A stretch of DNA of 64,000 bases, from the IMG/VR virus record IMGVR_UViG_3300014947_000001. One strand, given 5' to 3'. This stretch comes from a virus. Shown one piece after another: positions 29,925 to 39,311 of the stretch (positions within the stretch are counted from its first letter, which is position 1; each line of letters starts with the position of its first letter). The notes under the pieces were generated by a model that made no database searches, had not been told where the DNA came from, and saw only the letters and a program-made list of their open reading frames with translations. The position numbers and the translations under genes are program-made.

Positions 29925-30004
29925 TTGCGGTTCCGAGATGATCGGTTCCGCTTTCTTTGTGTTCAAAAAGAAAAGCCAAAATATACGGAACCGGATGAAC
30001 GGAA
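29925..30004 (+). repeat. compound palindromic element built from GGTTCCG/CGGAACC heptamers (copy A)
   Basis: gcggttccg-N7-cggttccgc ...34 nt AT-rich... cggaaccg-N6-cggaaccc; second copy at 60490-60571. Confidence 0.55.
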
Positions 30005-30034
30005 CCCAAAGTCGTTAATAACACGTTCTTAAAG

Positions 30035-30047
30035 CCCATATTTAACT
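30035..30047 (+). promoter_or_regulatory. Family-2 motif
   Basis: aaagcccatatttaactg ~45 nt upstream of the 30093 start. Confidence 0.4.
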
Positions 30048-30092
30048 GTATGAGTAAAAAACCAGAGATTTTCAAGAAGGAGGAAAAGAATC

Positions 30093-31883
30093 ATGGCAGA
30101 CAAAAAGAAACCTGTAAACGAAAGTCAACTTGAGAACGAAATTGATTGGTCTGCATATACTGCTGCCCAAACAAGAGAAATCCGTGAAGGTTTGGATGAT
30201 GGACTTGATGTATCTATTTATGCAGATCCACAGTACAACGCAGAACAGATGAATGAGATCAAACTTGGATTACGGACTGGCATTGATGTGACACAATATG
30301 CGGATCCGACATGCAATGCAGATAAGATGTATTTCATCCGAGAAGGATTAGAAAACAATCTTGATGTGTCAAAATATATGGATCCGAAATTTACGGAAGG
30401 TCAGCTTCGTATCATCATGACAGGTCTGAAAGAAGGATTAGACGTATCTGCTTATGCGAAACCAGAATACGATATTGTTCAGATGTATTATATCTTGAAT
30501 GGTTTGGAAAATGGATTTGATGTATCGAAATACGCAGATCCAAAGTATACTTCTGATCAGATGGCGATCATCCATATGGTGATGAAAGAAGGCTATGACG
30601 CATCAGCACTTTGTAATCCAGAGTTTAGTACCACACAGATGCATTATATCAGAAGCGGTTTGATTTCCGGAATTGATGTTACAAAATACGCAGATCCGGC
30701 ATTTTCAACAGAACAGATGTCAAGTATCATTTACGGTCTCGAGAAGGGTATTGATGTTACACCGTATGCAGATCCTAAATTTACATCACAACAGATGGAT
30801 TCTATTATGTTTGGTCTTGAACAGGGTGTTGATGTCTCTGTTTACGCAAACCAGCAGTTTACACAAAAGCAGATGGATGTGATATGTTTCAGTTTGATGG
30901 ATGGTATGTCTGTTTCTGATGTTGCCAAATTTGCGGATCCGGCTTTTTCTGTCGAACAGATGAATGAAATCAAGGATGGGGTGCGAGATAATCTGGACGT
31001 CTCTATTTATGCGGATCCGGAACTTACACCACAACAGATGCATAACATTTACCTTGGGCTGAGTGCAGGAATCAATGTTACAAATTACGTTAATATGATT
31101 AAAGGGATCGAATCAGATCCGGAAAAAGAGGTAAAATCGCTTTTGAGTCAGATGGATATGTATCAGAAACATCAGTTGATGCTTGGATTCGAAAGCAATG
31201 TGGATGTACTAAAGTATATGGATCCGAGATATGACTGGAAACAAATGAGACAGATCCGGTATGGTCTGGAAAAAGGATTAAACGTTTCCATTTATGCGGA
31301 TCCGAAATATGACAAGTACCAGATGGATGCGATTCGGCGTGGCATGGAATCCGGAATTGATGTTTCAAAATATGCGGATCCTGTTTTTAATGCCTTCCAG
31401 ATGTTTGAGCTTAAAAAAGCTATGGAATCCGGAATTGATGTATCGTTCTATGCGAAACCTGAGTTTGATTCTTATCAGATGCGACAGATTTCAGAAGGAT
31501 TGCGACACGGTTTGGATTTTGCATCCGTTTACACATATGCAGATCCAGTATTTAACGGATTTCAAATGAATGAGATCCGAATTGGAATGGAATCCGGACT
31601 TGATGTTTCTGTATATATGGATCCGGAATACACTAATGAACAGATGAAACAGATTCGGTATGGTATGGATCATAATATCGATGTATCCAGATATGCGGAT
31701 CCGAGTATTAGCGCTTCAGATATGGAGGAAATCAGACAGCATCTCGAATATGGAGCCCCGATTACCGGAGATATCAATATAGGCGCACTTAATATGTCAG
31801 ACACAATGACATTGGATGACCAAAACGCATTGGATAACCCTGAGTTCGATGACTTAGATGATCCTGGAGACATCGGAGATTAA
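30093..31883 (+). CDS. tandem-repeat protein (~19 x 31-aa repeats)
   Basis: RBS agaaggaggaaaagaatcATG; repeat consensus GLD.GLDVS.YADP.F...QM..I; acidic C-terminus. Confidence 0.7.
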   Translation: MADKKKPVNESQLENEIDWSAYTAAQTREIREGLDDGLDVSIYADPQYNAEQMNEIKLGLRTGIDVTQYADPTCNADKMYFIREGLENNLDVSKYMDPKFTEGQLRIIMTGLKEGLDVSAYAKPEYDIVQMYYILNGLENGFDVSKYADPKYTSDQMAIIHMVMKEGYDASALCNPEFSTTQMHYIRSGLISGIDVTKYADPAFSTEQMSSIIYGLEKGIDVTPYADPKFTSQQMDSIMFGLEQGVDVSVYANQQFTQKQMDVICFSLMDGMSVSDVAKFADPAFSVEQMNEIKDGVRDNLDVSIYADPELTPQQMHNIYLGLSAGINVTNYVNMIKGIESDPEKEVKSLLSQMDMYQKHQLMLGFESNVDVLKYMDPRYDWKQMRQIRYGLEKGLNVSIYADPKYDKYQMDAIRRGMESGIDVSKYADPVFNAFQMFELKKAMESGIDVSFYAKPEFDSYQMRQISEGLRHGLDFASVYTYADPVFNGFQMNEIRIGMESGLDVSVYMDPEYTNEQMKQIRYGMDHNIDVSRYADPSISASDMEEIRQHLEYGAPITGDINIGALNMSDTMTLDDQNALDNPEFDDLDDPGDIGD

Positions 31884-31885
31884 TT

Positions 31886-31948
31886 ATCATACAGTACCAC
31901 AACAAAAACACCCTCAGACTCAAAAATGAGTTCCATGGGTGTTTTTCT
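31886..31948. terminator. bidirectional terminator between convergent genes
   Basis: aaaacaccc...gggtgtttttcttttg. Confidence 0.45.
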
Positions 31949-31953
31949 TTTGC

Positions 31954-32574
31954 TTAGTTTTCGGTTGTTTCAGGTCTAAGTCCGGAAACAATGTTTTGGA
32001 TATACTCGTAGGTCTGCGGACAGTAAGTCTGTAAATTTTCTGGCTGCTGCACATAGATCTGGAACGCTTCAGCAAAATATTCGACAGCTGTGTCCGTGTT
32101 ACTATGATGTGTTTTCCAGAATGAGCTTACATTATTATGTTCTACAGCGAATATATCGTTAAACGTCTGCGAATTTGAGGTAAACCCGCAAGAATAATCA
32201 ATAGCATGTCCGACTTCATGTACGATTGATGGTTCTGCTTTCTTTCGATTGTCAATATAGATAACCTTGTCGTTATAGACGGTTAAAGCGAGAATCGATC
32301 CTGTATATCCATATCGTTTACCAAAACTCTGAGCTGAGCAGATGAATGTCCAGCCTTGGTCCTCCAGATATTGTCTTACATTCTCTGGGATTCCTAAATA
32401 GTACGCATTTACATTGTTGACTCTGGTCTTCGAAACTTTTCCTTCTGCCTGGACAACATTACTCTGTGTACAAACATCTGCTGCAAATCCTGATACCGGT
32501 GTTTGGATAACCATAGCAATTGCCAGTACAAGTCCTACCATACATTTCTTGAAACTGAAACCTCTCTGATTCAT
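31954..32574 (-). CDS. secreted zinc metalloprotease-like protein
   Basis: Signal peptide; HExxH zincin motif IVHEVGHAID. Confidence 0.55.
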   Translation of the reverse strand: MNQRGFSFKKCMVGLVLAIAMVIQTPVSGFAADVCTQSNVVQAEGKVSKTRVNNVNAYYLGIPENVRQYLEDQGWTFICSAQSFGKRYGYTGSILALTVYNDKVIYIDNRKKAEPSIVHEVGHAIDYSCGFTSNSQTFNDIFAVEHNNVSSFWKTHHSNTDTAVEYFAEAFQIYVQQPENLQTYCPQTYEYIQNIVSGLRPETTEN

Positions 32575-32618
32575 TTCTTTTGTTTCCTCCTTTAGTGTGC
32601 TTGTTTTTTTTGTTCAAT

Positions 32619-32633
32619 ACTTTAAATATGGGT
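32619..32633 (-). promoter_or_regulatory. Family-2 motif (minus strand)
   Basis: Plus-strand ctttaaatatggg = cccatatttaaag on the minus strand, ~45 nt upstream of the 32574 start. Confidence 0.4.
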
Positions 32634-32816
32634 TTCAGCGCACACGAATGCCGGAAACGAATCATTCGTCAACATATACAAAAATGCATGAATATACGAA
32701 AACAGGCTTGTGCAAAACAGCGAACAGTAATAAAATGTTGAATTGTTGGAGAAAACCTAAAACCGATTCCTGTTTTCTACTGTCTTTTAAGTAGACGGAT
32801 AGAAAGGAGGGATTGC

Positions 32817-32972
32817 ATGGATGAACACAGAGAGGAAATCATTCATGAGGAACCATGCCGGGAGATGTTATGGTTTCAGGAGCTGGCACAACAAGACCAG
32901 AACGGATATACAGTAAACAAAACGAAAGTGAGAAAGATATTAGAGTACATATTACGGAGGATGAAAAATGAA
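32817..32972 (+). CDS. small protein (51 aa) translationally coupled to the sigma factor
   Basis: RBS gaaaggagggattgcATG; its stop overlaps the sigma start (ATGAATAG); absent from ORF track. Confidence 0.35.
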
Positions 32973-34929
32973 TAGCTACACCGAAGCAGTACAAAAAGCA
33001 ATGAAAGGAGACCAGGAAGCGTATACGTACCTGTATGAGAAAACGTATACGAAATGTTTTTACCTGGCGAGGAAGTTTTTAAACAGCGAGCACACAGCAC
33101 AGGATATCGTTCAGGATGCCTATGTGAAGGCTTTTAAGTCTCTGGATACCTTAGAAGACCCGGAGAAGTTTCAGTCATGGATCGGAACGATTGTGTCGAA
33201 CCTTGCCAAAAACGAACTGAAACGAAGAAAGGTAACCTTGTTCTCTGAAACAGAAAACGAAGACGGACAGGATATCAGTGATACCTTTGTGGATGACCGT
33301 GTGTCTGTTCAGCCGGAAGTCGTTATGGATCAGAATGAGACAACGAGACTGATGAAAGAGATCATTGATACTTTGACAGATGAACAGCGCATCTGTGTCA
33401 CAATGTTCTATATGGAACAGATGTCTGTAAAAGAAATGGCGTCCGTGCTTGAAGTATCAGAGAACACCGTTAAGAGCCGCCTGAATTATGGCAGACAAAA
33501 GATCAAAGACAAAGTATTAGACCTCGAAAAGAAAGGTACCAAGCTTTATGGTCTTGCTCCGATTCCATTCTTCCTGTTGCTGCTTAAAGAGGACGTCAAA
33601 GCGGCACAGGCAACACAGATTCCGTCAATGTCGGCTGCAGTGTCTTCAGCAACCAAAGCAGTTGCAACCGCAGCAGGAACCGGAAGTACCGTTGCCGGAA
33701 CAACCGCAGCCACAGTAGCAGCAGGCGCCGGAAAGGGAATCGCAACAAAGGTGATCGCAGGCATTGTCGCCGGAACGCTTGTTATCGGAGGTGGAGCAGC
33801 AGCGATTGTGCATATGCAGGGGCAGAGCGGAAATCATTATAAACTTGCAAAATCAATTTCAGATTTACCTGACTGGGCGTATGATAGTACAAATGGATTA
33901 AAATATATAAGCATTCAAGATTATAAATATCCAATTAGTTTAATTTTAGATTATGATAAGGATATGGTGGAGCGTGGCGAGGTTAAGTATTATTCCAATC
34001 CAGGTCATACAGGATATGAAGGAATGAAATGTGATCCAAAAGTTTGGTATTTTGGAGAATATAATGGACGTATCTATTATGTGGATAGAGCTAATACAGA
34101 GAATCTACGTTATCATTTATACCGTGTGCCAAAAGCTTCTGATTATGATTTATATTTAGAAGATTCAGATACTTATATGGCTTCTATATTTAATGATCTT
34201 AATGCAAGAAGTTCAGATAGTTTTTTATTTACATATGATGAAGATGAACATAATCAATATGTTGCGATTGAGGATATGATCAATTCTGACGGCTATAGTT
34301 TTGATGAATGGTACTGCATTACAGAAGATGACCTTATTCCGGATGCTGTAGATGCATACAATGATTGGGTTGCAAATGGGGAGGCAGAGATGAATGCCAT
34401 ATATGCATCCCATATCACTGTAACAGAATCAGTCCCGGAAACAGAAACAGAAACCGAAGAAGTAGTGGAAGAAGTAACTGAGGAACCGACAGAAACGGCT
34501 CCGGAAGAAACAGAAGTACAGGAAGCAGAAGGGGAGACCGTTGATCAGAGCGGAAATATTCCGGTTCCGAACTATACGCCAACTGGCAATTTCTGGAATA
34601 CACCTGGTTCTTACTCAAGCAATGATGGACAGACATTATCATTAAGCATGTTTACGGAAGACGGTGGAGTAGAAGGATGGTGCGGAAACATAAATGGCGG
34701 ATCAGTAGGTTCTCTGGAAGTCTTCAATTATGGTGATAAGATCTATTATCTGAAGAAAGCAGACAGTTCCTATTCGAATTTCACAGACAGCGGATATGCA
34801 TTTACTTTGGAACCGTCCGGAGAAACACTTGACATTTATGGGGAAACCTATGATATAATACTTTTGAAGTTGTACTATAATGGTGTACTTCAAGGAGAGT
34901 ACTATGAAACAGACCTCTATCAATCATAA
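32968..34929 (+). CDS. ECF-type sigma-70 family protein fused to a transmembrane segment and large C-terminal extracytoplasmic domain
   Basis: Region 2 (DIVQDAYVKAF..FQSWIGTIVSNL); region 4 (EQRICVTMFYMEQMSVKEMASVLEVSENTVKSRL); Ala/Gly/Thr-rich transmembrane segment ~aa 215-265; ~380-aa C-terminal domain. Confidence 0.75.
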   Translation: MNSYTEAVQKAMKGDQEAYTYLYEKTYTKCFYLARKFLNSEHTAQDIVQDAYVKAFKSLDTLEDPEKFQSWIGTIVSNLAKNELKRRKVTLFSETENEDGQDISDTFVDDRVSVQPEVVMDQNETTRLMKEIIDTLTDEQRICVTMFYMEQMSVKEMASVLEVSENTVKSRLNYGRQKIKDKVLDLEKKGTKLYGLAPIPFFLLLLKEDVKAAQATQIPSMSAAVSSATKAVATAAGTGSTVAGTTAATVAAGAGKGIATKVIAGIVAGTLVIGGGAAAIVHMQGQSGNHYKLAKSISDLPDWAYDSTNGLKYISIQDYKYPISLILDYDKDMVERGEVKYYSNPGHTGYEGMKCDPKVWYFGEYNGRIYYVDRANTENLRYHLYRVPKASDYDLYLEDSDTYMASIFNDLNARSSDSFLFTYDEDEHNQYVAIEDMINSDGYSFDEWYCITEDDLIPDAVDAYNDWVANGEAEMNAIYASHITVTESVPETETETEEVVEEVTEEPTETAPEETEVQEAEGETVDQSGNIPVPNYTPTGNFWNTPGSYSSNDGQTLSLSMFTEDGGVEGWCGNINGGSVGSLEVFNYGDKIYYLKKADSSYSNFTDSGYAFTLEPSGETLDIYGETYDIILLKLYYNGVLQGEYYETDLYQS

Positions 34930-35294
34930 GAAATGCTGAGGAGTATACAGACTCTACGGAAGCGAATCCGGCTTCCAAATTAATTGTTGACAGGTTCAAA
35001 AATGCCAAATTCGTTGGCAGGATTGTTTCCTTGTATATGGAGATAATGAGAGAAATCTCTAATCAAGCACACTCCGGATCTTTAGATCCGCGAGTGCTTG
35101 ATTGACAACGAAGGGTTCTCTCGAAGCAAAGACCATTGAACTACTAACGTTCAATCGTATAAAGCTTCGGGGTTAGAACCCAGAGTTACGATATCTCCAA
35201 GTGTGTTTATTTGTTACGAAAGAGAGCTTACCTATATGGTAGGCTCTTTTTCGTTTCCCATACTTTGTTTCCATATATATCGTTTCCTTTGTAT

Positions 35295-35313
35295 CTTTGT
35301 AACCTATATTTAG
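35295..35313 (+). promoter_or_regulatory. Family-2-like motif
   Basis: ctttgtaacctatatttag. Confidence 0.35.
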
Positions 35314-35362
35314 TATATGTAACCTAACAACACACATCCAAGAAAGGGATAGGGAAAGAGTT

Positions 35363-36331
35363 ATGAAACAAAAAACAGTTCGTTTCCTGTCATTTTTGTC
35401 TGCTTTATGTATGGTAACCACACAATCGGTACCTGCGTTAGCTGCAGACAGTACTCAGGAAACAAATATAGCTGGTAAACAATCAGCCATCGTAAACTAT
35501 GAGCAGGCATCCGCCTTTTCGGTTACAATTCCAAAAGCAATTGTGTTAAATAGTAACAAGAATGCTACCTACAACGTGAAAGTCAAAGGTGATATTGCCG
35601 GAAATGAAAGCGTACCCGTTATTCCGGATGCAACAGTAACCTTAAACGACGTAAATGGCAAAACACCAGTAACAGGAACTATTGATCAGGTAAAGACAGA
35701 GTTTTTGTGCAATGAGATTGCAGCAGATGATGGATGTTCGACCGATGGTAAGATCACTGCTGATTCGTTAACATCCGGTGATTGGTCTGGCGTATTCAAA
35801 TTCGAAATTGATGTAGACAAAAAGATAGATGCTGGACTTTATGACACAAATGGAGTAATGCTATGTTCTTAGGAAGATAGTGGAATTAATCCAGAAAAGA
35901 ATTATGTACCATATGGCGGATCTCCTGATTATTTTATCGATGCTATAAATTCAGCATATTATGTAATTAACAAAAAATACCCTTCTGTTATCAATATTGT
36001 AATTCCAAATAACGTATATCAGATTGGTAATCATGCTTTTGCCAATGATAATAATGGTCATTCTGTTTATACTGTCGAGAATGTTTTTATTCCTAATAGT
36101 GTAACGAAGATAGGAAATATGTCTTTTTCTTATTGTGAAACTCTTAAATATGTTTCAATCTCCAACAATATAACTAGTATAGGTTCTAAAGCCTTTTACA
36201 CCTGTACGTCGTTAATTTCCGTCAAATACAGAGGAACTGTTTACGATACAAAATCAGTGCTAGAAGCAGTATTGGTCGCTAACGGAGTAAATGTCAGTGC
36301 AGATGCATTCGAGAAAACAGCTTTAAAATAA
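35363..36331 (+). pseudogene. BspA-LRR family member interrupted by an in-frame TAG (TGG->TAG)
   Basis: 35363-35872 and 35873-36331 share one frame; MLCS*EDSGIN here versus [11 protein letters not shown] in the 24829 paralog, placing the stop at the conserved Trp codon. Confidence 0.6.
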
Positions 36332-36448
36332 TATCAAACTTGGAATTCGATTTATTTCTGGCTCCTTTTCTTATTGCCCTTTCATTTTTCTTCCTTTATA
36401 ATAGAAGTCAGTATGAATTAACACAAATCTGACATTAAGCACACACAA

Positions 36449-37282
36449 ATGGAGAAAACCAATATGGAGAACAATAACCGGTTACAAATGGATGGAATAC
36501 AGAACGAAAAGAATACGAAATGGTCGAAAATAAAACAAATAATGTTAAAAGAGTTGATGAATTTTGCCGTTGTAATCGTAATTTTAGCAGTTGTTTTAGT
36601 CATCGTGAATATTGCGTTTCCAAATCTCAAGAATAGAGCATACGTCTGGTATTATAATCTGAATCATCCATATATTGAAAACGACGCTTATCTTCCAAAT
36701 GCATTCTATCGTCAGGGTCAAAATGATTATTACGCACTCGGAACCTGTGGACTGACCTCCATTGCGAATGCGATCAATATCATAACGGACTCTACATTAT
36801 ACACGGAAAATGACGTTGTAAAAATTGCTATGGATAACGATCTATGTGTAAAAGACACGTTTCCGGAAACCATGGGAGCAACTCAGACAAGCGACCTCGT
36901 TCAGATTGTTGATATTTTAGATCCAGAAGGTTTTATCCAGGTAACGGTATACAATAGCCAGAATATGCTTTCTGTAGACGAGCTGGCAGATCTCATTTCG
37001 GATCCCAAAACAGCTGCAATCGTCAGTGTGGATTCCGTTGCAATGACAGCCGATGATTTAGCAACTAGAACCTATAAAAACAATAATTCGGCTGCTGATC
37101 ATAGAATCACAGTATATGATTGCATTTATGACGGATCCGGAAATGTAACGGATTTCAAGATTGTTGATTCTGGATTTGGTCTTGATCAGGTTTCTAAAGA
37201 ACGTTTCCAGATTATGTATGAAGGCGATGAAATCCATTCTATTGACGAGGAATCAATCATTCTGTTAACGTATACAAAATAA
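36449..37282 (+). CDS. membrane-anchored papain-fold (C39/BtrH-like) cysteine peptidase candidate
   Basis: N-terminal transmembrane segment; Q...C spacing in RQGQNDYYALGTCGLTS; downstream His in AADHRITVYD. Confidence 0.4.
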   Translation: MEKTNMENNNRLQMDGIQNEKNTKWSKIKQIMLKELMNFAVVIVILAVVLVIVNIAFPNLKNRAYVWYYNLNHPYIENDAYLPNAFYRQGQNDYYALGTCGLTSIANAINIITDSTLYTENDVVKIAMDNDLCVKDTFPETMGATQTSDLVQIVDILDPEGFIQVTVYNSQNMLSVDELADLISDPKTAAIVSVDSVAMTADDLATRTYKNNNSAADHRITVYDCIYDGSGNVTDFKIVDSGFGLDQVSKERFQIMYEGDEIHSIDEESIILLTYTK

Positions 37283-37306
37283 GAAATCTGATTTGAACAA
37301 ATCTCA

Positions 37307-37345
37307 TAACCACTTGCCTGTTGCGGTAGGTGGTTCTTTTTTTTG
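37307..37345 (+). terminator. rho-independent terminator (G.U-wobble stem)
   Basis: aaccacttgcc-tgtt-gcggtaggtggtt followed by cttttttttg. Confidence 0.55.
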
Positions 37346-37358
37346 TTTCGTCTTTCTC

Positions 37359-37374
37359 GAACCATATTTAATAC
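37359..37374 (+). promoter_or_regulatory. Family-2 motif
   Basis: tctcgaaccatatttaatac. Confidence 0.4.
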
Positions 37375-37605
37375 AAAATAATTTATATACAATTCAAGGA
37401 GGAAACGAATTATGGCAAAAAACAGAGAAATTCAATGTGTGCATTATGTGTGCGAATGAAACTGTGATCTTGGAAAAGACGGTACATTTCGTCATCAGTG
37501 TCAGACCTGCAAAACATACAAGAAGAAACCAGGTGGAAAACCGGCACGTACTGATAACAGACGTCAGAAGATGGAACGCATTCAGAGAAAGGAAAGGTAT
37601 TAGTA

Positions 37606-38003
37606 TGAATAAGCTAGTAAAAGTAATCAGTCCCAGAAAAGAACGAGAAGTTCCGAAGTACTTTAGAGAATTCTGGATACATAATCAGAAAACAAACAAA
37701 CGAAGTGATAAAGCAGATATTCTTGGTTATAGTTTCCCGTGTTTTGAAGACGGAACTGTCGACACAAACGACAGCTCCTACGAAAGCTGGAAACAAAATT
37801 ATGAATATTGTATTTCACATCCAGAGGAGTTTGACGATGCTGGTGTTATTATTCAAAGTATCACTGTCGTCGAACCAGCAACTTACCTGTGTAGCTGCGG
37901 TAACGACGTTGACATGGTTCCTTTTAAGGATGGATTGTGTTGGTGTTATCGTTGTAAACAAAGGTACACACTTACAGGTATCCCAGTTCCGGCAGACACA
38001 TAA
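37606..38003 (+). CDS. hypothetical protein with C-terminal zinc ribbon
   Basis: RBS aggaaaggtattagtATG; CSCG...CWCYRC; start chosen over the ORF-track start. Confidence 0.4.
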
Positions 38004-38286
38004 TTAAAACGAATTGAGCTTGCTTTATTGCAGGCTCTTTTTACGAAATTTCATTTGTACTACTTCCGTTTTCGCCTACAGTACGTCGTTAAATTAATAT
38101 TTAACGACGTACTGATGATATAGAAACTACACTATTCCTTTCGCTTGAACTTCCATTTCTCTTCCAAATTTATCATCCGCAAATATGAATACAAAACTAT
38201 AAACAAGAACATAGGCTTTGCAAAACTCAAAAAATCTTGGCATAAGAAAAAGAGATCACAACAATGTGACCTCAATTTCTTTTTCC

Positions 38287-39141
38287 TTACATTAGAAAAC
38301 AATTTGTTCCATGACCGGCTTTCAGATCAGATGAACCAACCTTTACAGCATTTGCCATTAAGTTTACGTCATTTGCATGTCCGTCACGAATCGCCGCTTC
38401 AATCAGATCTGAAGCTCCGTGCGCAATTACCAGGACACGAAGTGCATGCAGCTGATCACGCATCATTTCGAGATCGACGTCTCTGTCAACATCATGCTGT
38501 CTTAAGTGTTCGTTGTACTTATCTTCGATCTCAAACAGTTTTGTCATCCGATCGATGTCGTCCAGTGCCTCTTTGTACTTGCTGCGGCATAACCGGTTGA
38601 TTTCTGCAGACCGTTTTAATTCCCGCATCTTCTCGTTCTTTTTTCGAAGCTTGGTCCTCAGACGGTCAACTTCTTCTGCAAGGTCACCGATCTGTCTGTT
38701 GAGCTGACGTCTTTCTTTCTCTTCCAGATGTTCCTGACCCATGATGTAACCACCATGTTTACGAACGGATGGTAATACCTCATGCGTTACCCAATGCTGG
38801 AAATCGGACGCAGATTTTGCTTCGGAATGCATTAACAGATCATAAAAACCGCACTCATTGATGATCCATTTATCGGAATAATCGTTTGGGTTTTGCCATA
38901 AAATGGCTTTGTCCGCTGTGGACAAAGCCTTATATTTCAAGGCTTTGCGGTCTTCTTTTCGAACAAATCTCGTGATTGCATGTCCTTTGGCACTTGAATT
39001 ATCATACCCAAGTTTGTCTGCAACTTCTCGCCCAATAAACCAAATTGTTCCTTCTTCATCCTGTAATAAATGAAGAGATCCGAATACATCATTTAAAAAT
39101 TCAGATGCATCAAATTTACTACTGCTACTGCTGTTATCCAT
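38287..39141 (-). CDS. BRO-N domain antirepressor-like protein
   Basis: RBS aaaggagcttacatATG; BRO-N motifs WFIGREVADKLGY..AI; coiled-coil C-terminus. Confidence 0.7.
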   Translation of the reverse strand: MDNSSSSSKFDASEFLNDVFGSLHLLQDEEGTIWFIGREVADKLGYDNSSAKGHAITRFVRKEDRKALKYKALSTADKAILWQNPNDYSDKWIINECGFYDLLMHSEAKSASDFQHWVTHEVLPSVRKHGGYIMGQEHLEEKERRQLNRQIGDLAEEVDRLRTKLRKKNEKMRELKRSAEINRLCRSKYKEALDDIDRMTKLFEIEDKYNEHLRQHDVDRDVDLEMMRDQLHALRVLVIAHGASDLIEAAIRDGHANDVNLMANAVKVGSSDLKAGHGTNCFLM

Positions 39142-39182
39142 ATGTAAGCTCCTTTCATACATATATGATTAGTGGTTTCGTA

Positions 39183-39194
39183 CTAAATATGTGC
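39183..39194 (-). promoter_or_regulatory. Family-2 motif (minus strand)
   Basis: Plus-strand ctaaatatgtgc = gcacatatttag on the minus strand, upstream of the BRO gene. Confidence 0.4.
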
Positions 39195-39261
39195 TCTTTG
39201 TTATCGAGACAAATGAACATTTTTCAATACTATTCGTTGCGGATTTCTTTGTTTCATCCTC

Positions 39262-39276
39262 GTCCATATTTAATCT
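39262..39276 (+). promoter_or_regulatory. Family-2 motif
   Basis: cgtccatatttaatc ~35 nt upstream of the 39312 start. Confidence 0.4.
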
Positions 39277-39311
39277 GAGGTACTATGGGTATTTCAGAAA
39301 GGATATTAAAA

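Noticed and set aside
37413-37460. 15-aa peptide MAKNREIQCVHYVCE behind a strong RBS (aaggagg)
   Set aside because: Too short to call and out of frame with the downstream ORF; could be a leader peptide or a frameshifted start of the 37606 gene, but there is no supporting evidence
38145-38600. Plus-strand ORF 38145-38600
   Set aside because: It is antisense to the well-supported BRO-N gene and has no RBS
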